64,000 bases of DNA from NCBI GenBank assembly GCA_000002445.1, contig AL929603.2, forward strand, positions 896,001 through 960,000. The letters run 5' to 3'. The position numbers and the translations under genes were made by a program. Each line of letters starts with the position of its first letter. Position 1 is the stretch's first letter. This document shows positions 38,943 through 49,584 of this stretch, piece after piece. Under the pieces are notes generated by a model, which had not been told where the DNA came from, searched no databases, and saw only the letters and a program-made list of their open reading frames with translations. The stretch is from Trypanosoma brucei (Eukaryota).

Positions 38943-41138
38943 ATGTACAGCGGGGATCGTGCGGAGTTGCAGAGGTTGCGTGCGCGTGAGGCTGAGTTAG
39001 AAGAGGAGCGAAAAGCCTTGGCGGCCATGCGTGCAGAACTTGAGTCTCGTATTGGTGGGAGGATGAATGAGATTCATGAGATGGAGGAGAAGGTGAAGGG
39101 TATGTGGGAATTAGAGGATGTGAACGCAAAACTACGGGAAGAGTTGGACGAGCTTCGGGAGGTTCATGAGCAACAATGTGAGAAGGCAGAGGAAAAGCTG
39201 CGGAACGCAATGTGGGAGTTGACTGAGACGCAGCGCAAGGTGCAGAAGTTCGCCATGGAGGTACGCAACCGTTCAAATTCCATCAGTATATGCATTGACT
39301 CCAAACCCTCCGCTTCCGGGGCCAGTGGAGGTGATGGAAAGAGCTCGGATGGAAAGGCGAGTGGTAGTGACCCAAGTGGGCAACAGAGCGGATTTTCAAT
39401 AGAAGCGGAGCTGTGCGAGGCGTGGAATTGTGTAGACAAGTTATGTGTTGCTTGTTTAGAGGCACGTGTGGCATTGGAGGCTAAGCAGCAGCGTCGGGTG
39501 GCGTCGGCGGAAGGGAGGGCCGCAACTAAAGTCAATGCGGTAATGGAATTGCTGCCGGCGCTTATGGCAGAGCTGGAAGACGCCCGTCGACAGACGCTTA
39601 GTGAAGGGGAGCGCATGGAACGTCAGGCTATTTGCGGGAGTTGGGGCGATATGTCAGCGAGGGCAGTGGAGAACTGCCGCTTGTCTCATGAAAGGTTAGC
39701 AGCGGAGGAGGGGCGATATCGCATTGCATTTGAATGTTCTGAGTGGCAGGAGCGCTGCCAGATCTGCGAAGCGGCAGCTATGTCATCCTTTCGTTACTTG
39801 GCGGGTGCTCAGGATCAATTGAAGGCAACTCGTATCGCTGACGACGCTCAGCAGAAACAGCACGACATGGAGCTGAATCGACTCCGCGCGCAGATGAAAG
39901 AGGCAGAAGATATGTGGAACCGTGAGGTAAACGCGCGTCAGCGTGCACATGAGTGTGCTTTACTTGAGCAACAGAAGTGGCACGACTTGGCGATGAGGGA
40001 GGCACAAAATCGTCTCATGAAGGAATGGGAGGCCGAGAAGGAATCCTTTCAACAGCGTATAAATGCCTTAGATGAGGAAAGGTCTCACCATGCATTTTCC
40101 GTACTTTCTGAGGCGCAAAAGCGCGAGGAAGAGCTGCGCAAGGCTGCTGTGGAAATGCGTGAGGCGTTTGAAAAAAGTATTGCTGCGGCTTTGGAAACTA
40201 GTAGCGCAATGCTCGAACGTTACGAGTTTGAGACACGAGCAGGGCTCCTCAAGCTAGAACATGCGGAGCGCAGTATGTTGCGTGATCAGGAGCGTGAGGA
40301 TCGCGAGTCCAAGTGCACATCCACTCAGCACCTTAACATCCACCGAACAACGATAGAATTTTCGGCGGATATCCTGAATGCTGCCGCGGATTTCCGGTTA
40401 GACTTTCCATCAATGATGCTAGAGAGGACGAAAATTGTTGTGGACAATATGAAAGTCCTGCACGATCAGCGACTACGTGAGGTGCGGCGCCGGTATGACA
40501 ACGAGATGCGTGTTGCCGCTTCTGTGCCGCGAGAGCTTGCGAAGAAGCTTGAGCAGGAGTTAGAGGAAACAAAATGTTCCCTGCGGCAGGCTGCGGCAAC
40601 GAGTGAGCATTGTGAGGATGAGAATCGGCGGCTGACTGAGCAAATTCGCTCTCTACAGACGCAATTTGATGAACGGCCAGTCGCGCAAGAGATCCGTGTG
40701 GATGTGAAGAATTCCCTCTTGACAGCCATGCATCGTCTCATTGTAGCAGAGGAGGCAACTGAGTGTATTTTCTCCTGTGGGTTATGCATGCAGCCGCTGA
40801 AATCCCCACTTACATGTGTGCCATGCGGTCACACGTTCTGTGAAGAGTGCCTGTTGAAGCACCCTCGCAACATTACTAGCCTGCAAGCTGCGTCACAAAT
40901 GGATAGCAACAAGAGGGCACATCTCAAGGCTGGAAGTCCATTAGATGACAGCATGCCCGGAAATAAGTCCCGCAACCCCGTGCCATTAATTGTGCGGTAC
41001 TGCCCAGATTGTGCGCCCATGAACTGCAGCTCCGCTGTGCGTGTTCAGGTTCTAGACTCCCTCTCTGGAAATCTCCGGTACCGAAAGGGGGATATTGGTT
41101 TCTTACGGTCTGTCATGGCGGAAGTAGAGAAGTCGTGA
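38943..41138 (+). CDS. Coiled-coil protein with C-terminal C3HC4 RING finger (putative E3 ubiquitin ligase)
   Basis: The track ORF begins at a GTG (38736); the first in-frame ATG is 38943, and short out-of-frame uORF ATGs lie at 38725 and 38908. About 600 aa are heptad-rich and E/R/K/L/A-dominated. RING motif CGLCMQPLKSPLTCVPCGHTFCEECL at ~40775-40850. The true start could be the upstream non-ATG codon only if non-canonical initiation applies. Confidence 0.65.
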   Translation: MYSGDRAELQRLRAREAELEEERKALAAMRAELESRIGGRMNEIHEMEEKVKGMWELEDVNAKLREELDELREVHEQQCEKAEEKLRNAMWELTETQRKVQKFAMEVRNRSNSISICIDSKPSASGASGGDGKSSDGKASGSDPSGQQSGFSIEAELCEAWNCVDKLCVACLEARVALEAKQQRRVASAEGRAATKVNAVMELLPALMAELEDARRQTLSEGERMERQAICGSWGDMSARAVENCRLSHERLAAEEGRYRIAFECSEWQERCQICEAAAMSSFRYLAGAQDQLKATRIADDAQQKQHDMELNRLRAQMKEAEDMWNREVNARQRAHECALLEQQKWHDLAMREAQNRLMKEWEAEKESFQQRINALDEERSHHAFSVLSEAQKREEELRKAAVEMREAFEKSIAAALETSSAMLERYEFETRAGLLKLEHAERSMLRDQEREDRESKCTSTQHLNIHRTTIEFSADILNAAADFRLDFPSMMLERTKIVVDNMKVLHDQRLREVRRRYDNEMRVAASVPRELAKKLEQELEETKCSLRQAAATSEHCEDENRRLTEQIRSLQTQFDERPVAQEIRVDVKNSLLTAMHRLIVAEEATECIFSCGLCMQPLKSPLTCVPCGHTFCEECLLKHPRNITSLQAASQMDSNKRAHLKAGSPLDDSMPGNKSRNPVPLIVRYCPDCAPMNCSSAVRVQVLDSLSGNLRYRKGDIGFLRSVMAEVEKS

Positions 41139-43161
41139 TGGATGTGTTCAAATAATGATAATGATAATAGTAACAATGGTAATAGTAATAAAAATATTGT
41201 TATGATTACAATTATGATGCTTATAGGTGAATATAGTTTATGTATATATACACACGTCTGGCGTCTATTTACTGTCCAAAAGGTATTAGACATTGGAACC
41301 TGAAGGTGCGTTCGTAGTTTCATTTTTTTTCTCTTTCGTTTTTTGTTTTGTTTTTGTTCTACTCCTTGCTTTTACCTTCTCAGTTTTTACCTCTATACAT
41401 CATTTTCATGATATATGTATATTTATTTATGTCCTTGTGAAAGAAAAAATGAGCGACCAACTTCCACGACATCAACGAAGAACTAGGAGTGGAGGTAAAG
41501 GATAAATGGGGATAAATGTATTCCTTCCTCTTGTATATTATATTATTTTTGTTATTATTGTGTGCTGTATTAATCAGTGAAAGCTGCAGTTATTTGGTGC
41601 TAACAACGGTGGAGACAAAGACTTTCGCGTCGATGTGACCCGCAGGATTGAGGAAAGGACCAATAAGCGAGGATCAATAAAGGGGGAAAATAAAGGCGAT
41701 AAGCGGATCATCTCTTTTTTTTTTTCTTAAGGTCATTGCTATCATTTCTTTATGGGGAATCACTCACAACTGTAAATGTAATCGCGTACAAGTAATTGCA
41801 TTAGTTCATATACCTTTGTTTTTTTCTATACTTAACGTGTGCAGTAATGCACACATCTGTGCGGACTGACGTTTCTCCGTGGGTAACCGAATTACGGAAG
41901 GCAATTCAAATAAATGAGGGAGTTGGACTCTTTGGAGTTTGCTACACGGTGCCTGTTTGCTTTTTTATTCCTTTTTAACTTAGTGATGCTAATTAGTGTA
42001 CAAGTCACGAAGGAAAGTAAAATGCAGCCGGCACATATGGATATTATATATATATATATATATATATTCATATTACTTTATACGTCTTAATATATGATTG
42101 TTCTTTACTTTCCAGAAGTTGGGTGATCCAAAATGGGAGTGTGTTCACAAAAGGGGGGGGGGAAAAACGTAGTTCCAGAAGAGGAACAGCACAACTCATC
42201 TCATCAGGTCGGTAGGAAGAGGGTTTGCGTATATTATATATATATATATATAAATGTTTATTTCCATACACAAATGTTCTAATATATGTAAATAAATATA
42301 TTTATGTGTGTACACCTGTACAGATAATTGAGTTCTCCCACTCTGGCCGGACATCATTTTTGTTCCACAACTACACTACAGTTTTGTTCATATTCTTTCT
42401 ATTTGCAAAGGATAGTCGATCCAATATAGAATCAGTTGAATTATAGCTTATAAAGTCTAAATTTGCGTTCCCTGCTACACTTACCGTTTAGGACGACGGT
42501 AGTGCATGTGAAGAGACAAGTGTGTGTGTAAGAAAAGTACAACAATTTAAGCATCTGTGAAACAAATAGGAACCCGTCCTGGTTGTCCATCTACCATTGA
42601 AAAATTGGAATGACACATTTACAACAATTCACAAAGAAATCATCAACGCCTCACACCAGCAAAGAGTCAACATATAAGAACACAACAATTATATCAACTA
42701 GGGACAAGCTACCTTAAAAAAATTAAGAAAATAACGGAAGAGGGAAAAAAGCACAGCAACGCCGGACGAAAATTAATTTAAACAAGACAAAAAAGTTAAA
42801 GCAAGTCAACCATTCTTCACAGCAACTGTTAACGCGAAATAATATATTTCCAAAAAAAAAAGAAATCCAAAAAGCGCAAAAGAGAGTAAAAGAATATTAA
42901 AGATGTGCCATCACAACGATAACTACAAAAAAAAGATCGAAAGTACGAATTTGCTTTGCACTGTCGATTCGTTTCTATGACGGTATGCTTTATGTTATCA
43001 TTGCTGTGCAGCAGATCTTATGACAAGTGTTTATTGTAATTGTGGTGTTGTGTGATGCAGCGGTAGATTGGACGTGTGTGTACACTTGCAGCAGTGCCTC
43101 GCACAAATCGTATCTCCTCCCGGGACTTGTGCATGCAAGTTCCCCAATTTTTAACCCGTGG

Positions 43162-43242
43162 CCTTGTCACCCGTTACGCTGTGTCTGCTTTTCGTTTGTT
43201 TTGTCTCTTTCTCCCAAATTCCTTTTTGCTTCTACCTTCTGT
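43162..43242 (+). promoter_or_regulatory. Polypyrimidine tract 140-220 nt upstream of each array CDS (candidate trans-splice signal; repeated in every unit)
   Basis: gttacgctgtgtctgcttttcgtttgttttgtctctttctcccaaattcctttttgcttctaccttctgtttattg, present identically ahead of all six array genes. Confidence 0.45.
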
Positions 43243-43393
43243 TTATTGATGCGTGTGATAGTGTTTTCCGCTATCGGGACCAGAAGACCATAAGCAAGGT
43301 AACATCTGAGGCCAACCCAATTGCCATCATTTTCTTTGTCGTGAATTGTGAAGCAAACCTTTACCAAGCGTTATTTGAATAGCGGTGTACACG

Positions 43394-44977
43394 ATGTTTT
43401 TGAAGGAGGGAAACAGTGAAATGCGGTTGAGCGGAGCTACGTTCTTGAAGGGCGCTGTTGATGATTTCAATGCATGTGAGTCCCCTGTTTTATCATCCGG
43501 AAGCAGTTTGGTTCTTACAAGTCCTGCTCTGAGCACCTCAGACACGTGCCGATCTGCGATGCGTGAAACCATCCCTTCCGTTTGTGCTGGCGCAGGCCTC
43601 AGCAGTCGCTGCTCAACTGATTGCACTGTGCTGAAGTGTGTGAACCCGCTGCATGTTAAGTTCCAGGAGCCGTCAGGGTTGTCAGGGGCTGATTCAGTGG
43701 ACTCGTTTGACTCGTTGGGTGACCTTTCCGAGTTGCATGAGGAACATCAACATGTTTCTTCTGTTGCCTCTGAAAAGCCTTTGACCCTTCACGATGTGCC
43801 GGAATCCGTCCTGTATGGTGCCATTCCATACCTTTCCCTTCCAGACGTCATTGCCTTATCACGGACATGTAAGAAGTTTCACAAACTGGTGCAGGGATAC
43901 TTTGCAGTGAATGAGCATGGCGTGATGAGCATCCCCGCCTTTGACACCCGCAGCTTCATGCAGTACCGTCCAGAGAGGAAACCTCCGGTAACGAAGGCGT
44001 CATCTATGGAACCCGCAACGAAAGCTTCGGACGTGAAACCCATCCGTCTGTTTTTTGGCCAGCAACGACGGGACCCACACCCCTCAGCTCTACGGCGTCT
44101 GCTGCGCTTCATTGCACCTGACCTTGTGATTGCTCACATGGAGGCTCACACGAACCCAGTTAACGGTCGTGGCAAAGGCTGCGCGTGGGTGTTCGCCCTG
44201 TCACAATTGGATGCGGAGCGACTGTTACGACTCAGTGGGCGTATCTTCCTTGACATAAATTCTAATGGTGAGGAGGTATACCTGTTCGCTCCCCCTAACT
44301 GCCGAGAGTGGTTGAATGAGCACGCGGAGTGTGCAGTCGCTTCCGCAGTTCGTCCAAGTCACTTGCCACGACAGCCGATGGTTGTGGAAGCCCCCAGGAA
44401 GTCGAGTGCCAAAGTGGAGAAGGGGTTGGAACAATGTGTGCGTCCCCATCCACAACATCGCGGTGTTACGGAGCAGCAGGCACCCGTCGCGGCGGCCCAG
44501 CAGATGCCCGACTCTGTGGAACCATTGGTACGAGTTGGGTCTCCACAGGATGAGGGCCTGCAGCAGCAGGAGCGGCCGTCCGAGGCGTGGACGACCAGCA
44601 ATCATTCGCAAGGCGACTCAACACACGGAAGGCGCAGGTCAGGGGAGGCTCTGCAGTCGGGTGAGTCCACACCTGAGCGTTTGCAAGCAAGGCGCCGCCC
44701 ATGGTTGGTTGCGGCGGATGCTTCAGCCACTCAGCGTGCCAGGGAACTTCGGTTTTGCAGCAATTCCTCAACTTCTCTTCATCATGAAATGTGGGGATTC
44801 CACCCGGGAGCACGCCTTGGCTCTGGGGTAGGCGGTGACAGATTTATTGCGTGTCCCGAGACGACAACACGCACTGTGCCCCACAACGTGTACACAAGCA
44901 CTATATGGACAGGCCCTAGGCGGTTCCGGCACGACCCGTACGTGTACGGCCCACTGTGCGTACTAGCGGCATCTTAG
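43394..44977 (+). CDS. CFB1: F-box protein with RRM-like domain and C-terminal RxxHDPY (MKT1-binding-type) motif, copy 1 (CFB1-like)
   Basis: The track start 43385 is GTG; the first ATG is 43394 (MFLKEGNSEMRL). F-box reads LTLHDVPESVLYGAIPYLSLPDVIALSRTCKKFHKLV (~43780-43890). The RRM-like segment has an RNP2-like IRLFFGQ and an RNP1-like GKGCAWVF. The C-terminal RFRHDPYVYGPL has HDPY at ~44921-44932. Copy 1 carries the private variant NHSQGDS where the other copies have NHLQGDS. The symbol is assigned from memory of the T. brucei cyclin-F-box CFB1 tandem array followed by CFB2, and is unverified. Confidence 0.8.
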   Translation: MFLKEGNSEMRLSGATFLKGAVDDFNACESPVLSSGSSLVLTSPALSTSDTCRSAMRETIPSVCAGAGLSSRCSTDCTVLKCVNPLHVKFQEPSGLSGADSVDSFDSLGDLSELHEEHQHVSSVASEKPLTLHDVPESVLYGAIPYLSLPDVIALSRTCKKFHKLVQGYFAVNEHGVMSIPAFDTRSFMQYRPERKPPVTKASSMEPATKASDVKPIRLFFGQQRRDPHPSALRRLLRFIAPDLVIAHMEAHTNPVNGRGKGCAWVFALSQLDAERLLRLSGRIFLDINSNGEEVYLFAPPNCREWLNEHAECAVASAVRPSHLPRQPMVVEAPRKSSAKVEKGLEQCVRPHPQHRGVTEQQAPVAAAQQMPDSVEPLVRVGSPQDEGLQQQERPSEAWTTSNHSQGDSTHGRRRSGEALQSGESTPERLQARRRPWLVAADASATQRARELRFCSNSSTSLHHEMWGFHPGARLGSGVGGDRFIACPETTTRTVPHNVYTSTIWTGPRRFRHDPYVYGPLCVLAAS

Positions 44978-45835
44978 CGGTCCAACTGAGTGGTGAGCAC
45001 TCCATCGAGTCTGTGTGGTGATGCTGTGGACGGCGTGTCCCCACTGGTTGGACTGTAGTTTCTTCCCTCCCTTTTTTTATATTACGTTATGTTTTTTTTT
45101 TTTCATTTTCCACTCCCTTTCTTTGCCGTTTGCACTTTGCTCGCTTGCATTAAGGATGTCTTGGGGGTCTCTGGACCGAGTGCTGTAAGGAGGAGGGGGC
45201 AATCCTTCCCTATACAAATTACCACATATACTCATTTACACTTATACACATATACGCTTTCTATCAATCCCCACTATTTATATATACCGATTCAATTATA
45301 TGACCATGGAAAAAACATATATACAACTTCCTCCGTATGTAACAGCTTCCCCCGGTACGGCACATAGACCGTCACGGGCCTCCCATTGACATAACTTGTG
45401 CAAGACTCCTGTTCCCTGCTAATTGCAGGGAAGAGACGGCTAATTGGAACTACACCTTCCTCACCCTCATTGTTTTCATTGTTTTCTTTTGTATTTCTAT
45501 TAACCTAAGATAATTTCACTCGCTGTACTTTCTTCCCTCCCTACATCTATATGTTCCCTTATATAACTTTTATACACATGTTTTTTCCTCTCTTTTTCAT
45601 CCTATACAAACATATAAGCATACCTATATACACGTATATACATACATATATATGTTTGTTTTTATATGCCGTGACTTTGTTTCTTTTTTCCCCTTTTTAT
45701 CTCTTTTTATCCCTTTCTTTCTTTTTTTACTTTTTCATTTTGAATGCCCTTATGTAAGTAAATGCTTCTTACTAATAGAGGATTGTCCTTGGCAATTTCT
45801 CTCTTATCATTTTATTTTCCTCTCCCTTGTTCTTT

Positions 45836-46014
45836 TCGTTTTATATCATTTTTCATTTCGTTTCATTTTATATCATTTTTCATTTCGTTTCATTTTATAT
45901 CATTTTTCATTTCGTTTCATTTACTATTTTATTTTACTTTCGTTTCATTTACTATTTTATTTTACTTTTGTTTCTATTTTTGTTTCCGCTGCTCACACAC
46001 ACACACACACACAC
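45836..46014. repeat. Array-spacer minisatellites: 27-nt repeat x3, 25-nt repeat x2, then (CA)~10 (long spacer class)
   Basis: ATTTTATATCATTTTTCATTTCGTTTC x3, then ATTTACTATTTTATTTTACTTT(C/T)GTTTC x2, then cacacacacacacacacacac at 45994-46014. The short-class spacers (after copies 2 and 5) carry one 27-mer copy and (CA)~5, at ~48966-49076 and ~58285-58395. Confidence 0.85.
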
Positions 46015-46521
46015 CCTGCTCTTCCAGTTGCATGACATCATTACACACTAATTGCAGTGGTGCTCCATTTGCTGTTTGCTGAAACGTTTGATTTATTTCT
46101 TGTCCCTTTCCTCAAGCATCTCTTCGTTTAGGCAACACACCATCTTTATGACAAGTGTTTATTGTAATTGTGGTGTTGTGTGATGCAGCGGTAGATTGGA
46201 CGTGTGTGTACACTTGCAGCAGTGCCTCGCACAAATCGTATCTCCTCCCGGGACTTGTGCATGCAAGTTCCCCAATTTTTAACCCGTGGCCTTGTCACCC
46301 GTTACGCTGTGTCTGCTTTTCGTTTGTTTTGTCTCTTTCTCCCAAATTCCTTTTTGCTTCTACCTTCTGTTTATTGATGCGTGTGATAGTGTTTTCCGCT
46401 ATCGGGACCAGAAGACCATAAGCAAGGTAACATCTGAGGCCAACCCAATTGCCATCATTTTCTTTGTCGTGAATTGTGAAGCAAACCTTTACCAAGCGTT
46501 ATTTGAATAGCGGTGTACACG

Positions 46522-48105
46522 ATGTTTTTGAAGGAGGGAAACAGTGAAATGCGGTTGAGCGGAGCAGCGTTCTTGAAGGGCGCTGTTGATGATATCAATG
46601 CATGTGAGTCCCCTGTTTTATCATCCGGAAGCAGTTTGGTTCTTACAAGTCCTGCTCTGAGCACCTCAGACACGTGCCGATCTGCGATGCGTGAAACCAT
46701 CCCTTCCGTTTGTGCTGGCGCAGGCCTCAGCAGTCGCTGCTCAACTGATTGCACTGTGCTGAAGTGTGTGAACCCGCTGCATGTTAAGTTCCAGGAGCCG
46801 TCAGGGTTGTCAGGGGCTGATTCAGTGGACTCGTTTGACTCGTTGGGTGACCTTTCCGAGTTGCATGAGGAACATCAACATGTTTCTTCTGTTGCCTCTG
46901 AAAAGCCTTTGACCCTTCACGATGTGCCGGAATCCGTCCTGTATGGTGCCATTCCATACCTTTCCCTTCCAGACGTCATTGCCTTATCACGGACATGTAA
47001 GAAGTTTCACAAACTGGTGCAGGGATACTTTGCAGTGAATGAGCATGGCGTGATGAGCATCCCCGCCTTTGACACCCGCAGCTTCATGCAGTACCGTCCA
47101 GAGAGGAAACCTCCGGTAACGAAGGCGTCATCTATGGAACCCGCAACGAAAGCTTCGGACGTGAAACCCATCCGTCTGTTTTTTGGCCAGCAACGACGGG
47201 ACCCACACCCCTCAGCTCTACGGCGTCTGCTGCGTTTCATTGCACCTGACCTTGTGATTGCTCACATGGAGGCTCACACGAACCCGGTTAACGGTCGTGG
47301 CAAAGGCTGCGCGTGGGTGTTCGCCCTGTCACAATTGGATGCGGAGCGACTGTTACGACTCAGTGGGCGTATCTTCCTTGACATAAATTCTAATGGTGAG
47401 GAGGTATACCTGTTCGCTCCCCCTAACTGCCGAGAGTGGTTGAATGAGCACGCGGAGTGTGCAGTCGCTTCCGCAGTTCGTCCAAGTCACTTGCCACGAC
47501 AGCCGATGGTTGTGGAAGCCCCCAGGAAGTCGAGTGCCAAAGTGGAGAAGGGGTTGGAACAATGTGTGCGTCCCCATCCACAACATCGCGGTGTTACGGA
47601 GCAGCAGGCACCCGTCGCGGCGGCCCAGCAGATGCCCGACTCTGTGGAACCATTGGTACGAGTTGGGTCTCCACAGGATGAGGGCCTGCAGCAGCAGGAG
47701 CGGCCGTCCGAGGCGTGGACGACCAGCAATCATTTGCAAGGCGACTCAACACACGGAAGGCGCAGGTCAGGGGAGGCTCTGCAGTCGGGTGAGTCCACAC
47801 CTGAGCGTTTGCAAGCAAGGCGCCGCCCATGGTTGGTTGCGGCGGATGCTTCAGCCACTCAGCGTGCCAGGGAGCTTCGGTTTTGCAGCAATTCCTCAAC
47901 TTCTCTTCATCATGAAATGTGGGGATTCCACCCGGGAGCACGCCTTGGCTCTGGGGTAGGCGGTGACAGATTTATTGCGTGTCCCGAGACGACAACACGC
48001 ACTGTGCCCCACAACGTGTACACAAGCACTATATGGACAGGCCCTAGGCGGTTCCGGCACGACCCGTACGTGTACGGCCCACTGTGCGTACTAGCGGCAT
48101 CTTAG
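46522..48105 (+). CDS. CFB1: F-box/RRM-like protein, array copy 2 (CFB1-like), variant haplotype B
   Basis: More than 99% identical to copy 1. Diagnostic substitutions are AAFLKGAVDDINACE (haplotype B) versus ATFLKGAVDDFNACE (haplotype A, copies 1, 3 and 5). Confidence 0.8.
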   Translation: MFLKEGNSEMRLSGAAFLKGAVDDINACESPVLSSGSSLVLTSPALSTSDTCRSAMRETIPSVCAGAGLSSRCSTDCTVLKCVNPLHVKFQEPSGLSGADSVDSFDSLGDLSELHEEHQHVSSVASEKPLTLHDVPESVLYGAIPYLSLPDVIALSRTCKKFHKLVQGYFAVNEHGVMSIPAFDTRSFMQYRPERKPPVTKASSMEPATKASDVKPIRLFFGQQRRDPHPSALRRLLRFIAPDLVIAHMEAHTNPVNGRGKGCAWVFALSQLDAERLLRLSGRIFLDINSNGEEVYLFAPPNCREWLNEHAECAVASAVRPSHLPRQPMVVEAPRKSSAKVEKGLEQCVRPHPQHRGVTEQQAPVAAAQQMPDSVEPLVRVGSPQDEGLQQQERPSEAWTTSNHLQGDSTHGRRRSGEALQSGESTPERLQARRRPWLVAADASATQRARELRFCSNSSTSLHHEMWGFHPGARLGSGVGGDRFIACPETTTRTVPHNVYTSTIWTGPRRFRHDPYVYGPLCVLAAS

Positions 48106-49584
48106 CGGTCCAACTGAGTGGTGAGCACTCCATCGAGTCTGTGTGGTGATGCTGTGGACGGCGTGTCCCCACTGGTTGGACTGTAGTTTCTTCCCTCCCT
48201 TTTTTTATATTACGTTATGTTTTTTTTTTTCATTTTCCACTCCCTTTCTTTGCCGTTTGCACTTTGCTCGCTTGCATTAAGGATGTCTTGGGGGTCTCTG
48301 GACCGAGTGCTGTAAGGAGGAGGGGGCAATCCTTCCCTATACAAATTACCACATATACTCATTTACACTTATACACATATACGCTTTCTATCAATCCCCA
48401 CTATTTATATATACCGATTCAATTATATGACCATGGAAAAAACATATATACAACTTCCTCCGTATGTAACAGCTTCCCCCGGTACGGCACATAGACCGTC
48501 ACGGGCCTCCCATTGACATAACTTGTGCAAGACTCCTGTTCCCTGCTAATTGCAGGGAAGAGACGGCTAATTGGAACTACACCTTCCTCACCCTCATTGT
48601 TTTCATTGTTTTCTTTTGTATTTCTATTAACCTAAGATAATTTCACTCGCTGTACTTTCTTCCCTCCCTACATCTATATGTTCCCTTATATAACTTTTAT
48701 ACACATGTTTTTTCCTCTCTTTTTCATCCTATACAAACATATAAGCATATCTATATACACGTATATACATACATATATATGTTTGTTTTTATATGCCGTG
48801 ACTTTGTTTCTTTTTCCCCCTTTTTATCTCTTTTTATCCCTTTCTTTCTTTTTTTACTTTTTCATTTTGAATGCCCTTATGTAAGTAAACGCTTCTTACT
48901 AATAGAGGATTGTCCTTGGCAATTTCTCTCTTATCATTTTATTTTCCTCTCCCTTGTTCTTTTCGTTTTATATCATTTTTCATTTCGTTTCATTTACTAT
49001 TTTATTTTACTTTTGTTTCATTTACTATTTTATTTTACTTTTGTTTCTATTTTTGTTTCCGCTGCTCACACACACACCCTGCTCTTCCAGTTGCATGACA
49101 TCATTACACACTAATTGCAGTGGTGCTCCATTTGCTGTTTGCTGAAACGTTTGATTTATTTCTTGTCCCTTTCCTCAAGCATCTCTTCGTTTAGGCAACA
49201 CACCATCTTTATGACAAGTGTTTATTGTAATTGTGGTGTTGTGTGATGCAGCGGTAGATTGGACGTGTGTGTACACTTGCAGCAGTGCCTCGCACAAATC
49301 GTATCTCCTCCCGGGACTTGTGCATGCAAGTTCCCCAATTTTTAACCCGTGGCCTTGTCACCCGTTACGCTGTGTCTGCTTTTCGTTTGTTTTGTCTCTT
49401 TCTCCCAAATTCCTTTTTGCTTCTACCTTCTGTTTATTGATGCGTGTGATAGTGTTTTCCGCTATCGGGACCAGAAGACCATAAGCAAGGTAACATCTGA
49501 GGCCAACCCAATTGCCATCATTTTCTTTGTCGTGAATTGTGAAGCAAACCTCTACCAAGCGTTATTTGAATAGCGGTGTACACG

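Noticed and set aside
44316-44831. 171-aa alternate-frame + ORF and 115-128-aa minus ORFs inside each CFB1 copy
   Set aside because: They are embedded in the CFB1 CDS in other frames or antisense, and are replicated by the tandem repeat rather than independently conserved.
45652-46082. Overlapping 74-127-aa + ORFs in every array spacer
   Set aside because: Products are translations of the minisatellite and CA repeat (FISFFISFH..., HTHTHTH). They recur only because the spacer is repeated.
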